Shown piece by piece: positions 39,236-48,870 of a DNA stretch of 64,000 bases. This stretch comes from Patescibacteria group bacterium (lineage in GTDB: Bacteria; Patescibacteriota; CPR2; UBA1875): the NCBI GenBank assembly GCA_041737595.1, contig JBGSRK010000010.1, positions 32,001 to 96,000 on the forward strand. The letters run 5' to 3'. Below the pieces are notes generated by a model. That model was not told where the DNA came from and ran no database searches. It saw only the letters and a list, made by a program, of their open reading frames with translations. Within the stretch, counting starts at the first letter, position 1, and each line of letters begins with the position of its first letter. The translations under genes and the position numbers were made by a program.

Positions 39236-39327
39236 TTTATCTCCTTTTACTACTTATAATTATTCTACCACTAATTACTTAAAATATTATATTCCTTATC
39301 TTAAAAATATAGACCTAGATATTATAA

Positions 39328-39361
39328 CATAAGCATGTTATGTACTTCACTTTAGTGACGT
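39328..39361. repeat. Recombination-site-like repeat, copy 3 (core and right part only)
   Basis: CATAAGCATGTTATGTACTTCACTTTAGTGACGT. Confidence 0.85.
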
Positions 39362-39492
39362 GACTATATAAATTTTACTAAATATATTTATTTTTATTCA
39401 CTTTACTAATGTACATTAGTAAAGTAGTTAAAAATATTTTTAAAAAAATGAATAAATATCGGTGTTTGTGATAAAATTTATCTACATATTTT

Positions 39493-39963
39493 ATGAACTA
39501 TTTATATTTAACCCCAGAAGATAAAGATAAGGTCGAAATAAAAATCGACCTGTTAAAACATGAAAAGGAGTTATTTTCACGAAAACTTGGAGAAGCTGCA
39601 GCACACGGTGGGTCATTCCCCCAAGGAATTCCAGAATATGTTGTTCTTGAAAATAAAATTCATCGGTTGGAAGATGAAATGATTTTGCTTAAAAAAATAT
39701 TAGATGAATACGAAATTATCGAAATAGAAAAATTACCAAAAAATATTATTACTACTTATTCCAATGTAAAAGCAGAAAATAATGAGAATATAACTACCTT
39801 TCAAATAATCGAGTCTATAATATCTAAAGAAAAAGATGGAATAAAAATAGTTTCTCCCAAAAGCCCTGTTGGTTCGGCGTTTCTTGGGAAAAAGAAAGGA
39901 GAGGTTGCAAAAGTCAACCTCCCCCAAAAAAACGAGATATATAAAATTCTAGAAATTAATTAA
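39493..39963 (+). CDS. GreA/GreB-family protein, divergent
   Basis: YLTPE, coiled coil, VSPKSPVGSAFLGKKKGE. Confidence 0.8.
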   Translation: MNYLYLTPEDKDKVEIKIDLLKHEKELFSRKLGEAAAHGGSFPQGIPEYVVLENKIHRLEDEMILLKKILDEYEIIEIEKLPKNIITTYSNVKAENNENITTFQIIESIISKEKDGIKIVSPKSPVGSAFLGKKKGEVAKVNLPQKNEIYKILEIN

Positions 39964-39969
39964 TCTTTT

Positions 39970-40290
39970 TTATATTTTCCCAATATCATCTGTCTGAAGT
40001 GCTTGATTCATTTCAATAATTCTATTTTTTAATAATTCAAATTCTTCTCGAGCAATGATATCAATATTAGGAACATTATCTACAATATATTTATTTGCTT
40101 CTTCATTTTTACCTTCAGCAATAATTTTCTCAAGTTCTTTAACTTTTTCTTCAGGTAATTCATCCATAATTCTTGATGAAATTTTTTCTTCTAAAATCTC
40201 TGCGTATTTCTTGCGCATCTCGTCTTTTTCTTCATTACTTAAATGTTCAAGTTTAAGTTCTTTAATTAAATCAAATTTTAGATCTGTCAT
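39970..40290 (-). CDS. Small acidic helical protein (DUF5663-like)
   Basis: ELKLEHLSNEEKDEM...VPNIDIIAREE pattern common in CPR genomes. Confidence 0.6.
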   Translation of the reverse strand: MTDLKFDLIKELKLEHLSNEEKDEMRKKYAEILEEKISSRIMDELPEEKVKELEKIIAEGKNEEANKYIVDNVPNIDIIAREEFELLKNRIIEMNQALQTDDIGKI

Positions 40291-40300
40291 AATTCCTCCT

Positions 40301-42682
40301 TTAACCCATTAATGTACCAACCCAAGTTAACGAACCTGCAGGTAATCCAACTGCAATGCCAGCAATGCCCATATTTCTTAATATATGATTTCTAACAATA
40401 TTCTCTTCATCATGTCTCTTATCTATAGATCTATCAAAAGTTCTTATAGACTCTAACAATATCTTACTCCTAGCTGCTTCAATTTCTCCAAGAGTTAATG
40501 GGATTTTTTCACCTTTTTTTTCTTGAGCTTTTTTTAGTTCTTTTTTAAGTTTCTCGACTGTAAGCACTTTAAGTCTTTTCGTCATTTCTTCTACTTGGTG
40601 TTCATAACTTAGTCTATCTTCCTCATGTGCACCTCTTATCGGATGTACACCAGTCCCAATTCTTTCGCCAACTCTTATATTATGTGCAGCCTGTGCACCA
40701 AGTCTTTTATAAATATCATCTTCTGACATTGCATCAATTACTCCAGATTCTTGTTTATGTAATAAACTATCTCTATTTCTATTCCTTGTCTCAGAGAAGG
40801 CGTGAGTTGCAGATGCTGCAGATGTGGCACCAAGTAGCCCAACAACTATTGGTAAACCGCCACTAGCTGTTAGAGTAATGGCTGCACCAGAAATAGCAAT
40901 TGATGCGACAGATGAAATAACTGGATGTTTTCTAATAAAATTTTTCACCTTCCGATAGGCACCACCAAACAAACCTTCATTATCTTCTTTATCAGCTTCT
41001 TCATTAATTCTGTTTTTACTTTCTTCTTCAAAAAATAATTTTGCGGTTTCTTCGTGAACTAAATCAAAGAAAGATTTTGCCCATTTTTCTAATTTTTTAT
41101 TGTATTGTTCAAGAGTTTCTTTAGGTTTTGGTTTTAATCTTTCCCATTCATCCATTTGCATAGGTCTCTTTGGTTTTATATCTCTTTTTGCATTCTCATA
41201 TTCTTCTATTGTTAATGGTTCTTGAGGTTTTTCATCTTTATGTTTAATTAATGATTTTTCATATTTAGCCACTTTAAGATCAAAATCAATTTGTGTTTCG
41301 TTTACCCCTCTTTTTGGTGGTACTGGTTCACTGCCTTTCCAAGCCTTTAATTTTTTATCATACTCATATGGGTTTCTCGATTCATAATTTTCTTTCCATT
41401 CTTTTTCTCTCAAAGTATATTTATATGGGCTCACATCATCATTAGCTTCTTCCCATTCTTTTAATGTTTTTTCATAAGTCTCTTCTGTTTCTATTCTTTC
41501 GGGCCTTCTTCCACGTTCACTTCTTTTAGCCCTTGCTAATCCTTCTTGATTCGCATAATTTAGGATACCTGATTCATATTCAACACGAGCACGATTTAAT
41601 TCACCCTGTTTAGCTGGGTTCCAAGTGAATTGTGATCTAAGTTTTCTTTTATCTAAAAGTCTATCAGTATAATTGTTTCTTAGTGTTGAAATATCAATAT
41701 ATCCGCCTGTTTCTCCTGAACTTTCATATAACTTAGTTGCAGTTTCAATTAATGTATAGTTTGTATCATCGATTTTTTCAGTTTCAGACGGTTCAACAGA
41801 ATCACCATCTTCACTCCTTGGCTTGTTCCCACTCCCATCATTATCACTATTTTCTCCATCCTCCCCAGTAGTTGCTGGGGGAGTATTATTTGGGTCTGGT
41901 GGAGTTGATGGTTGAATTGGAGGTTGAACAGGCTCTTCGTCTTCATCTTCTTTAGTTTCTTTTTTACCCTCTTCTTCTAAAATTTTATCTATAGTTGAAA
42001 TAGTATCGTTAATCCATTCTAATGTGGTTCTTATTTCAGTTGAAGTCCCTTCGTCTTCGACATGAGATCTTATTAAAATTTGAATCGCAAGAAGAACTTT
42101 TTTCATTTTTTTCGCATCTATCATATCTTCTACAAATTCAGCGGGGTTATTACTAATTTGTTCTAACTTAGCCAATAAACTTTTGACCCCTTTGGGAGAA
42201 ATTTCAGTTAATACTTTTAATATTTCTTCTGATAGAAATTCACCACCTTTGGCTTTTTCACCTTTTTCTTCTACTTCTTTAGCCTCTTTTTCTGCTCGTT
42301 CTTTTGCTATAATTTCATCTAATTTCTCTTTTTGAGCCTTTTCCATTTCTCTTTTTGCAGCATTTTCTTGTCTTTGAGTTACTTCAAAAAATGGTCTTAT
42401 TTCACCAACTCTATCCCCAGTTTCATCTATAATATCTCCTATACGCGCGCCTCCACGTACTAAAGAATCATTCGATTTTATTCTAGAATTAATTTGATTT
42501 CTAGTTTGTTCGACTGTCATATCTGACTGCTCGGCAATTTCTTGAACATTGGTTGCACCTAAACCTTCGGCAGTTTTAAAATCATCACCAAACTCTCCAT
42601 TATGCATAGAGTCTGTATATTGAGTAGTTGGAGACTTATCTCCTCCCCCCTCTAATTCATGATATGAAATAACTTCGCTCAT
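40301..42682 (-). CDS. Large charged hypothetical protein with C-terminal hydrophobic helices
   Basis: 793-aa ORF, K/E-rich, Pro-rich linker, Gly/Ala hydrophobic hairpin. Confidence 0.75.
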   Translation of the reverse strand: MSEVISYHELEGGGDKSPTTQYTDSMHNGEFGDDFKTAEGLGATNVQEIAEQSDMTVEQTRNQINSRIKSNDSLVRGGARIGDIIDETGDRVGEIRPFFEVTQRQENAAKREMEKAQKEKLDEIIAKERAEKEAKEVEEKGEKAKGGEFLSEEILKVLTEISPKGVKSLLAKLEQISNNPAEFVEDMIDAKKMKKVLLAIQILIRSHVEDEGTSTEIRTTLEWINDTISTIDKILEEEGKKETKEDEDEEPVQPPIQPSTPPDPNNTPPATTGEDGENSDNDGSGNKPRSEDGDSVEPSETEKIDDTNYTLIETATKLYESSGETGGYIDISTLRNNYTDRLLDKRKLRSQFTWNPAKQGELNRARVEYESGILNYANQEGLARAKRSERGRRPERIETEETYEKTLKEWEEANDDVSPYKYTLREKEWKENYESRNPYEYDKKLKAWKGSEPVPPKRGVNETQIDFDLKVAKYEKSLIKHKDEKPQEPLTIEEYENAKRDIKPKRPMQMDEWERLKPKPKETLEQYNKKLEKWAKSFFDLVHEETAKLFFEEESKNRINEEADKEDNEGLFGGAYRKVKNFIRKHPVISSVASIAISGAAITLTASGGLPIVVGLLGATSAASATHAFSETRNRNRDSLLHKQESGVIDAMSEDDIYKRLGAQAAHNIRVGERIGTGVHPIRGAHEEDRLSYEHQVEEMTKRLKVLTVEKLKKELKKAQEKKGEKIPLTLGEIEAARSKILLESIRTFDRSIDKRHDEENIVRNHILRNMGIAGIAVGLPAGSLTWVGTLMG

Positions 42683-42735
42683 TAACCCCCTTTTGGTATA
42701 AGTATTATAAGATAATTAGTATAAAAAAGAAATGT

Positions 42736-44442
42736 TTAACAGGTATAGAAAGAATCAATCTGTTTTTTATACTTTTCTGTGATTTCTTTCCGGCGAGCTT
42801 TTAAAGTTGGAGTTAGAAGACCATTCTCAACCGTAAAAGGCTTCTGAATAATTAAAAATTTTCTAATTTGTTCATAAGTCGCTACATCTTTATTCAAAAA
42901 GATATCTATTTCTTTTTGGATAACTGCGTACTGTTTTTCTTTATTAAAACCCTGAATTTTTGTTTTTTCTGGGACAATTAATGCAGCAACATGTTTTTCA
43001 CAATCTCCAAAAACAAATGATTGTGAAATATATGGAGACATTTGCATCTTTTCCTCAAGGTGAGCTGGCCCGACATTTTTGCCCGTTGAAAGAACTATTA
43101 TTTCTTTTTGTCTTGCTCCAAATTTTATAAATCCTTCTTTATCTATAGTGACAAGGTCACCGGTCTTAAACCAACCATCAGTTGTAAAAGCTTCTTTAGT
43201 TGCTTCTGGATTTTTATAATAAGACTTAAAAACATTTGGACCCTTTACTAAAAGTTCTCCATTTTTTACTTTTACTGAAACATTTGGAAGAGCCTTCCCT
43301 ACAGTCCCATATTTTCTATTTTTTAAAGTATTATTAGCTAAAATCGGGGATGTTTCTGTTAGCCCAAATCCCTCTAAAACTGGGATATCAAGTGCATCAA
43401 AAAATTCACCAATTTCTTGTGCAAGTGACGCTGCGCCTGAAACAAAAAATCTTAATTGCCCACCAAACGCATTTTTTATTTTATGAAAAACAACTTTGTC
43501 GGCTAATTTATATGCAATTGTATCTCTTGGAAAATCTTTACCTATTTTAAAAGCAATTTTAAATATTATTTTTGTAATCGGTGATTTTTCGGCTGACTCT
43601 TTAACTTTGGCGTAAACTTTTTCAAAAAGACGTGGGACCGCAATTATTATAGTTGGTTTCTCTTTTTGAGCAAATTCGGAAAGCTGATTTGAATCAATAA
43701 CATAAGAAATTGTTGCACCGCGCACGAGAGGAATATAATATCCAACTGTTCTTTCAAACACATGAGAGAGTGGCAAAATTGATAAAAACTTATCATTTTC
43801 GGTTATTTCTACACCTGCAAGAACGCCCTCAATGTTTGACATAATATTTCGATTAGTTAACTCAACCCCCTTAAATCTACCAGTTGTGCCCGAGGTATAA
43901 ATTATAGTAATAATTCTATCTTCATCATGTTTTATTGGATTAATTTTAGTTTCATATTTTCGATCATATACTTCAGTTTTAAAAAGATAAGTTGATTTAT
44001 CTAATAAGGTTGGGTGGTCAGATTCTAAATCTGATTCCATATAAATTATTTTTGTATTTTTTGGGAAAATATTTTTAATTTCAGAAACCTTATCAAAAAT
44101 TTCTCTGTCGGACACAAATATCATTTTAGGTTCTGTTTCTTCAATTATGCTACTAATTTGGGTAGCAGAAAGGACACTATGAATAGGGACCAATATTGCT
44201 CCTAAAATTAATGAAGCAATATCTGTTATAACCCATTCTGGTCGATTTTCTGAGATAATCATAATTCTATCATTAGAAACAACACCCATGTCTTTCATGA
44301 AGATAGCTAACTTCTCAGCATATTTATATATCTCAGCATATGAAAGTGATTCAAAATGATGATTTTCTTTATAAAAAAGTGCAGTTTTTTCTGGAAACTT
44401 CCCTACACTTTCTATAAATGAATCTATAACAGTTGTTTTCAT
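42736..44442 (-). CDS. Long-chain fatty acid--CoA ligase (AMP-forming)
   Basis: IIYTSGTTGRFKG, LPLSHVFER, EGFGLTET, GWFKTGD, LLTPTLK. Confidence 0.92.
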   Translation of the reverse strand: MKTTVIDSFIESVGKFPEKTALFYKENHHFESLSYAEIYKYAEKLAIFMKDMGVVSNDRIMIISENRPEWVITDIASLILGAILVPIHSVLSATQISSIIEETEPKMIFVSDREIFDKVSEIKNIFPKNTKIIYMESDLESDHPTLLDKSTYLFKTEVYDRKYETKINPIKHDEDRIITIIYTSGTTGRFKGVELTNRNIMSNIEGVLAGVEITENDKFLSILPLSHVFERTVGYYIPLVRGATISYVIDSNQLSEFAQKEKPTIIIAVPRLFEKVYAKVKESAEKSPITKIIFKIAFKIGKDFPRDTIAYKLADKVVFHKIKNAFGGQLRFFVSGAASLAQEIGEFFDALDIPVLEGFGLTETSPILANNTLKNRKYGTVGKALPNVSVKVKNGELLVKGPNVFKSYYKNPEATKEAFTTDGWFKTGDLVTIDKEGFIKFGARQKEIIVLSTGKNVGPAHLEEKMQMSPYISQSFVFGDCEKHVAALIVPEKTKIQGFNKEKQYAVIQKEIDIFLNKDVATYEQIRKFLIIQKPFTVENGLLTPTLKARRKEITEKYKKQIDSFYTC

Positions 44443-44468
44443 CTTGCCCTTAGTATAACAAAAAGTTT

Positions 44469-45275
44469 TTAATAATCTATCTTAAAAAATTTGCAGGCTT
44501 CATAAAAAATTGTTCTTTTTGCGGGTTCAGAAAGAAATGCATGATAAACATTATCAATTTTAAATATTTGCTTTCTTTTTGAACTAACTGAATCAATTAT
44601 TATTTGAGGTGATTCAGGTCTAATTAAGTTACTTTTTTCTGATTGAATGACAAGAACGTCACAAGTAACTTTTTTTAAAAAACTTTTTTGTTTCTCAATA
44701 AATTCAATAACTTGTGCAATATTATCTAGTGGCATCTTATCAAGCACTCCTTGTTTAAAAACAATTTCTTTTTCAGGGTGTTTTAAAACTTTCAAATATT
44801 GTTTATTCCAATATTCCATTCCTATTTTTTTAGCATAAGGTATGGCTCTTTTCGTTATAGGTTGATATTTGATTTTCATTGGTGTTTCGATACATACAAG
44901 GCCTTTAATTATACCCGGATGGATTGCATCGAATTTTAAAGCTAAATTACCACCAAATGAAATAGCGACAATATATATTTCTTTAACATTTTTTGATAAT
45001 TCTAAAATTCCTTTTTCAACTTCATTATACCAATCCTTAGGGGTGGTTTTAGCTAAATCTTCCCAATTAGTCCCATGACCTGGCAATAAAACTCCCTTAG
45101 TAGTTATTCCTCTTTTTGAAAGAAATTTTGCAAAGCCATTAACCCGACAAAGTGAATCAGAAAAACCATGGACAAAGAATATAGCTCTTTCACCGGCTGG
45201 ATAATAAAAGGCTTGAGCTTCTTTTGGGACCTCATTAATTTTTATATCATTTTTTTCAACAGTTAATGTATTCAT
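44469..45275 (-). CDS. Alpha/beta hydrolase (carboxylesterase/monoacylglycerol lipase-like)
   Basis: VHGF, LPGHGT..EDL, AISFGG nucleophile elbow. Confidence 0.8.
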   Translation of the reverse strand: MNTLTVEKNDIKINEVPKEAQAFYYPAGERAIFFVHGFSDSLCRVNGFAKFLSKRGITTKGVLLPGHGTNWEDLAKTTPKDWYNEVEKGILELSKNVKEIYIVAISFGGNLALKFDAIHPGIIKGLVCIETPMKIKYQPITKRAIPYAKKIGMEYWNKQYLKVLKHPEKEIVFKQGVLDKMPLDNIAQVIEFIEKQKSFLKKVTCDVLVIQSEKSNLIRPESPQIIIDSVSSKRKQIFKIDNVYHAFLSEPAKRTIFYEACKFFKIDY

Positions 45276-45367
45276 ATAATTAAAACGGAAAGCCCATTAA
45301 GCTTTCCACCTTGCAATAATTATAACATACTTTTATAATTAGAATGCAATAATATATTGAAGGACAT

Positions 45368-45754
45368 ATGGCTATAAAAATTATACTTGCGGAAGATGAC
45401 CTACAATTAATCGACATGTATCGTCGAAAGTTCGAGATGGAAGGTTTTGAAGTCCAATTTGCTGAAGATGGAGAAAAAGCAATTACAATTTTAGAAGGTT
45501 GGAAACCCGATATTGCACTCCTTGATATTATGATGCCGAAAGTAAATGGATTAGATGTTTTAAAATACATTAAAGAAAAACAAGGGTATGAAGATGTAAT
45601 CACTGTAATGCTAACCAACCTCGGTAATGAATCAACTGCTGAAGAAATTTATAAACTCGGGGCAACTGAATATATTGTAAAGGCAGATATGACCCCTCTA
45701 GAAGTCTCGGATAAAGTGAAAGCTTTAATAAAATTTTACAAAAAAGGCGCATAA
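45368..45754 (+). CDS. Single-domain response regulator
   Basis: LAEDD, LLDIMMP..NG, MLTN, YIVK. Confidence 0.92.
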   Translation: MAIKIILAEDDLQLIDMYRRKFEMEGFEVQFAEDGEKAITILEGWKPDIALLDIMMPKVNGLDVLKYIKEKQGYEDVITVMLTNLGNESTAEEIYKLGATEYIVKADMTPLEVSDKVKALIKFYKKGA

Positions 45755-45765
45755 AAGCGCCTTTT
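45742..45765. terminator. Bidirectional terminator
   Basis: AAAAGGCGC-ATAAAA-GCGCCTTTT between convergent genes. Confidence 0.7.
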
Positions 45766-45788
45766 CAGATTGTTATTTAATAAGATAT

Positions 45789-46280
45789 TTAGTTTTTAGA
45801 TATCTCTTCTAAGGTTTCTATAATTTTATCTTTTTCCTGTTCCCCTATTAATCTTTTAACTTCTGTACCATCTTTAAAAAATATTAATGCTGGGACACTT
45901 TCAATCTTATAATCAGTTGCAGATTTTGAAGAAGTCATAACATCAAGTTTACCAATTTTATATTTTCCTTTAAATTCTTTGGCAATTTCAGTGATAACGG
46001 GACCAAGGTTTTGGCAATGAGGACATGTTGGTGAAAACATATCAACCATTACAATCCCCTTATATTCTAAAACCTCTTTATCAAAATTATCGTCGGTTAT
46101 TTTTATCTCAGGCGCTTCGATCTTTGAAGCTGCATTTTCTACTGTATTATCTGTTTGGATTATACTTTCTGACTTTGAATCTGTTGATCCACTAGAAAAT
46201 TTAATTGCGACCCCTACTCCTAAGATTGCAAGAAATGCTACTATCCCAATAACTATAGGCGTAATGTTTTTTGTTTTCAT
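45789..46280 (-). CDS. Membrane-anchored thioredoxin
   Basis: N-terminal TM; CPHC; SVPALIFFKDG. Confidence 0.88.
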   Translation of the reverse strand: MKTKNITPIVIGIVAFLAILGVGVAIKFSSGSTDSKSESIIQTDNTVENAASKIEAPEIKITDDNFDKEVLEYKGIVMVDMFSPTCPHCQNLGPVITEIAKEFKGKYKIGKLDVMTSSKSATDYKIESVPALIFFKDGTEVKRLIGEQEKDKIIETLEEISKN

Positions 46281-46364
46281 AATGATTATTCTACTCCATT
46301 AATTATTATTTTCATAATAGATTTATAATATATTTTTCTATTAATTCTATGGCTTATTTTGAAC

Positions 46365-46440
46365 TGGTGGGCCCGGTGCGGCTCGAACGCACGACCAATT
46401 GCTTAAGAGGCAACTGCTCTACCAGCTGAGCTACGGGCCC
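46365..46440 (-). tRNA. tRNA-Lys(CTT)
   Basis: GGGCCCGTAGCTCAG...TTGC-CTCTTAA-GCAA...GGGCCCACCA. Confidence 0.95.
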
Positions 46441-46586
46441 ACGTCGGAATTCGCTGACGGATTCCGACGTGGGCCAAACCAAGTCTTCATCCTTTCGCAA
46501 ATCCTCCTCTTTCGGCAAAAATCAATAGATTTTGTCGATTTAAAATGAAAATCTGTTGGTTTTCATTTTTGAGGAAGAATAACGAG
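46441..46586 (-). ncRNA. Conserved structured tRNA-leader element, copy A
   Basis: Collinear similarity to 49995..50124; several hairpins. Confidence 0.6.
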
Positions 46587-46635
46587 AAACCGAAAAAAAT
46601 ATATAATTTTGAAGGTTGTCAGTTTATTCTGATGA

Positions 46636-46711
46636 TGGTGCGCCCGGTAGGATTCGAACCTACGACCAATAGCTTAGAAGGCTACTGCTCTATCCCCTGA
46701 GCTACGGGCGC
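46636..46711 (-). tRNA. tRNA-Arg(TCT)
   Basis: GCGCCCGTAGCTCAG...TAGC-CTTCTAA-GCTA...GGGCGCACCA. Confidence 0.95.
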
Positions 46712-46900
46712 ACGTCAGCGAAAGCTGACGTGCTTCAAAATAATTTATATTATTTATTCCGCACTTACGCTACGCTTCCTTTGCAATTTAAATCAACAGA
46801 TTTAAATTGTCTTTTTAACTTCGATATTATAACGTATTTCAAGAAAATATTCCATTGTTTAAACTAGTTTGATACAATATAATATGTAAAAGAGGGGAAA

Positions 46901-47575
46901 ATGGACTCAACAATAAAACCACAAAATGAATTTTATACACCTGAAACAGGAATAGTTCCTGGCGCTGAATCTCAGGTCGCTCAGGCTGGACAAGATATTA
47001 GTGCAGAAAATCCATTCCCAAATATCCAACCTTCTGAAATTCTCACAAATACAATGGCTTCAGAGGTTACTCAACCACAGTCAGAATTACCAGTTGAGTC
47101 TGATGATGAATTGGCAAAAGAAATTAACGCTGGGCCAGATTTAAAAGTTGTACCAGACCCTGCAGAAATTTCTATTGATTCTACTTATACTAATGATGTC
47201 CCCGAAGCTACCCCAACAGTGATTGAACCAGCACCAATTGAAACTGTTCAACCCGAAATTGTAGCCGAAACACCTGAAGTAATAGAAGAAGTAAAGGAAG
47301 ATCCAGAAGCAATATTATCAGAAATTGACGAAGACTTTGAAGCTATAGATGGGAAAATTGCAGAATATCTAAGTGCAAACCGAGAAAAAATAACCTCTTT
47401 AGAAGATTCTATTAAAGAGGCCGAAGATAGACTTGAGAATACAAGACTTGCAACAGAACAAAGTATTAAAGATAAAAAAGCTGAAATTGTTGAACTTAAA
47501 AAAATGCGAGACAGAATAAGTGCTTATAAAGAGAGAACTAAAATAAATAAAAATCCTACTGAAATCGCAGCATAA
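46901..47575 (+). CDS. Acidic disordered protein with C-terminal coiled coil
   Basis: 224-aa ORF, GAGGGG SD. Confidence 0.75.
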   Translation: MDSTIKPQNEFYTPETGIVPGAESQVAQAGQDISAENPFPNIQPSEILTNTMASEVTQPQSELPVESDDELAKEINAGPDLKVVPDPAEISIDSTYTNDVPEATPTVIEPAPIETVQPEIVAETPEVIEEVKEDPEAILSEIDEDFEAIDGKIAEYLSANREKITSLEDSIKEAEDRLENTRLATEQSIKDKKAEIVELKKMRDRISAYKERTKINKNPTEIAA

Positions 47576-47589
47576 AATACCCGTGTTTA

Positions 47590-48306
47590 TTATTTTATAA
47601 CGAACCCGATATACCTTGCAGATATATTTTTAGGTAATAAATCTAGTATTTTACCAAAAAAATTTATTACATTTTCTAATATAGAATAGTATCTGCCTTT
47701 TTTGGTTACAAATCTAAAATAAAAATGTCCAACATAATCTGCTTTCGTTAAATTATGGTCAGTTGTCCTGATATATCTTTTTATTTTATTTAGAGACATA
47801 GCATCAGATATATGATTTTCAAGAACCTTAGGTTCTAATATTTTATAAAGAAAATGGTAAAGTGGAGAATTTAGATTTGGAACTTCTATTAAGCATATTC
47901 CATTTTTACCCATTAAATTTAAGTGTTTATCAATTATTTTTGTCCAATTATTAAAATGTTCAATAAATCCAAAAGAACATACTAAATCATATTTTCTAAA
48001 AGATCTGTAATTAAGAAAGTCATTTTTTTGGAATACCCCACATTTATAGTTTTTAGACTTAAACCACTCTTCCATAACATTAATATTTTCGTTCCAATCT
48101 ACACCGTTTATTTCATAGCCCATTTTGCCTATTAAAGCTAGAAATTTTCCTGGATAACAACCTATTTCAAGACATTTTAGATTATCCCCTGTTGGAGTAT
48201 TATTATTTATCCATAAAGCAACAGGATGAGTAGTTATAGTAGCCTCTTTATATATAACTTTTCCCCAATGTTCTTCCCAATAATTAATATCTGTTATTGA
48301 CCCCAT
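47590..48306 (-). CDS. Class I SAM-dependent methyltransferase
   Basis: LEIGCYPG, SFGFIEHF, EVPN. Confidence 0.85.
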   Translation of the reverse strand: MGSITDINYWEEHWGKVIYKEATITTHPVALWINNNTPTGDNLKCLEIGCYPGKFLALIGKMGYEINGVDWNENINVMEEWFKSKNYKCGVFQKNDFLNYRSFRKYDLVCSFGFIEHFNNWTKIIDKHLNLMGKNGICLIEVPNLNSPLYHFLYKILEPKVLENHISDAMSLNKIKRYIRTTDHNLTKADYVGHFYFRFVTKKGRYYSILENVINFFGKILDLLPKNISARYIGFVIK

Positions 48307-48312
48307 AAATTG

Positions 48313-48392
48313 ATTTTAACACAAAAAAGAAACTGTTTAAGGTTTCTTTTTTATAATAATTACTGGGGTCGGATAGTGAGAGATATCAGAAC
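48313..48392. repeat. Cassette boundary 1 (promoter + terminator + tRNA-His-end-like att site)
   Basis: ATTTTAACACAAAAA, hairpin, TGGGGTCGGATAGTGAGAGATATCAGAAC. Confidence 0.85.
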
Positions 48393-48406
48393 CGAGATTT
48401 TTAGAA

Positions 48407-48745
48407 CTATTTAACACACGCTAATATAATAAAAGCAAAAACTGCTAAAGTTATACCAAAATATCCTATTGGCGACAAAACTTCTTTCAAAAATAAAAAA
48501 CTTAATAAATTAACAAGAATAATAGAAAAAGCACCAAACATTGCCATTGTTTTTCCAACTGGCATTGTGGTGAAAACATATAATTGTCCAAATGTTGCTA
48601 CGGTTCTCATTAATGTATATCCCAGAAACCACCAGGTAAGAAATGTTGAAATAGTAAAACCATTTCTTTGCATACCACTTTTTGCTAAGATGTCCCCTGA
48701 GGTAAAAAGAATCTGAGATATTGCTAAAACTATTAACGGATTCAT
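48407..48745 (-). CDS. Small 4-TM DMT/EamA-like membrane protein
   Basis: GDILAK...FLFLKEVLSPIGYFGITL. Confidence 0.75.
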   Translation of the reverse strand: MNPLIVLAISQILFTSGDILAKSGMQRNGFTISTFLTWWFLGYTLMRTVATFGQLYVFTTMPVGKTMAMFGAFSIILVNLLSFLFLKEVLSPIGYFGITLAVFAFIILACVK

Positions 48746-48751
48746 AAAATA

Positions 48752-48831
48752 ATTTTAACACAAAAAGGAACCTAAATCGGTCCCTTTTTGTAATATTTAA
48801 AATGGGGTCGGATAGTGCGAGAAGTCAGAAC
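48752..48831. repeat. Cassette boundary 2
   Basis: ATTTTAACACAAAAA, hairpin, TGGGGTCGGATAGTGCGAGAAGTCAGAAC; same 51-nt internal spacing as boundary 1. Confidence 0.85.
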
Positions 48832-48870
48832 TAAAATAGTACAAAATGCTATTAATTTTGCAAAATTGGT

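Noticed and set aside
36052-39361. Repeats considered as a CRISPR array or the chromosomal dif site
   Set aside because: Intervals are 0.8-2.4 kb and contain genes, and no cas genes are present. There are three copies, the spacer is 5 bp, and gene orientation does not converge here.
48364-48831. TGGGGTCGG... repeats considered as tRNA genes or split tRNAs
   Set aside because: Only the last few nucleotides match a tRNA end and no cloverleaf can be formed
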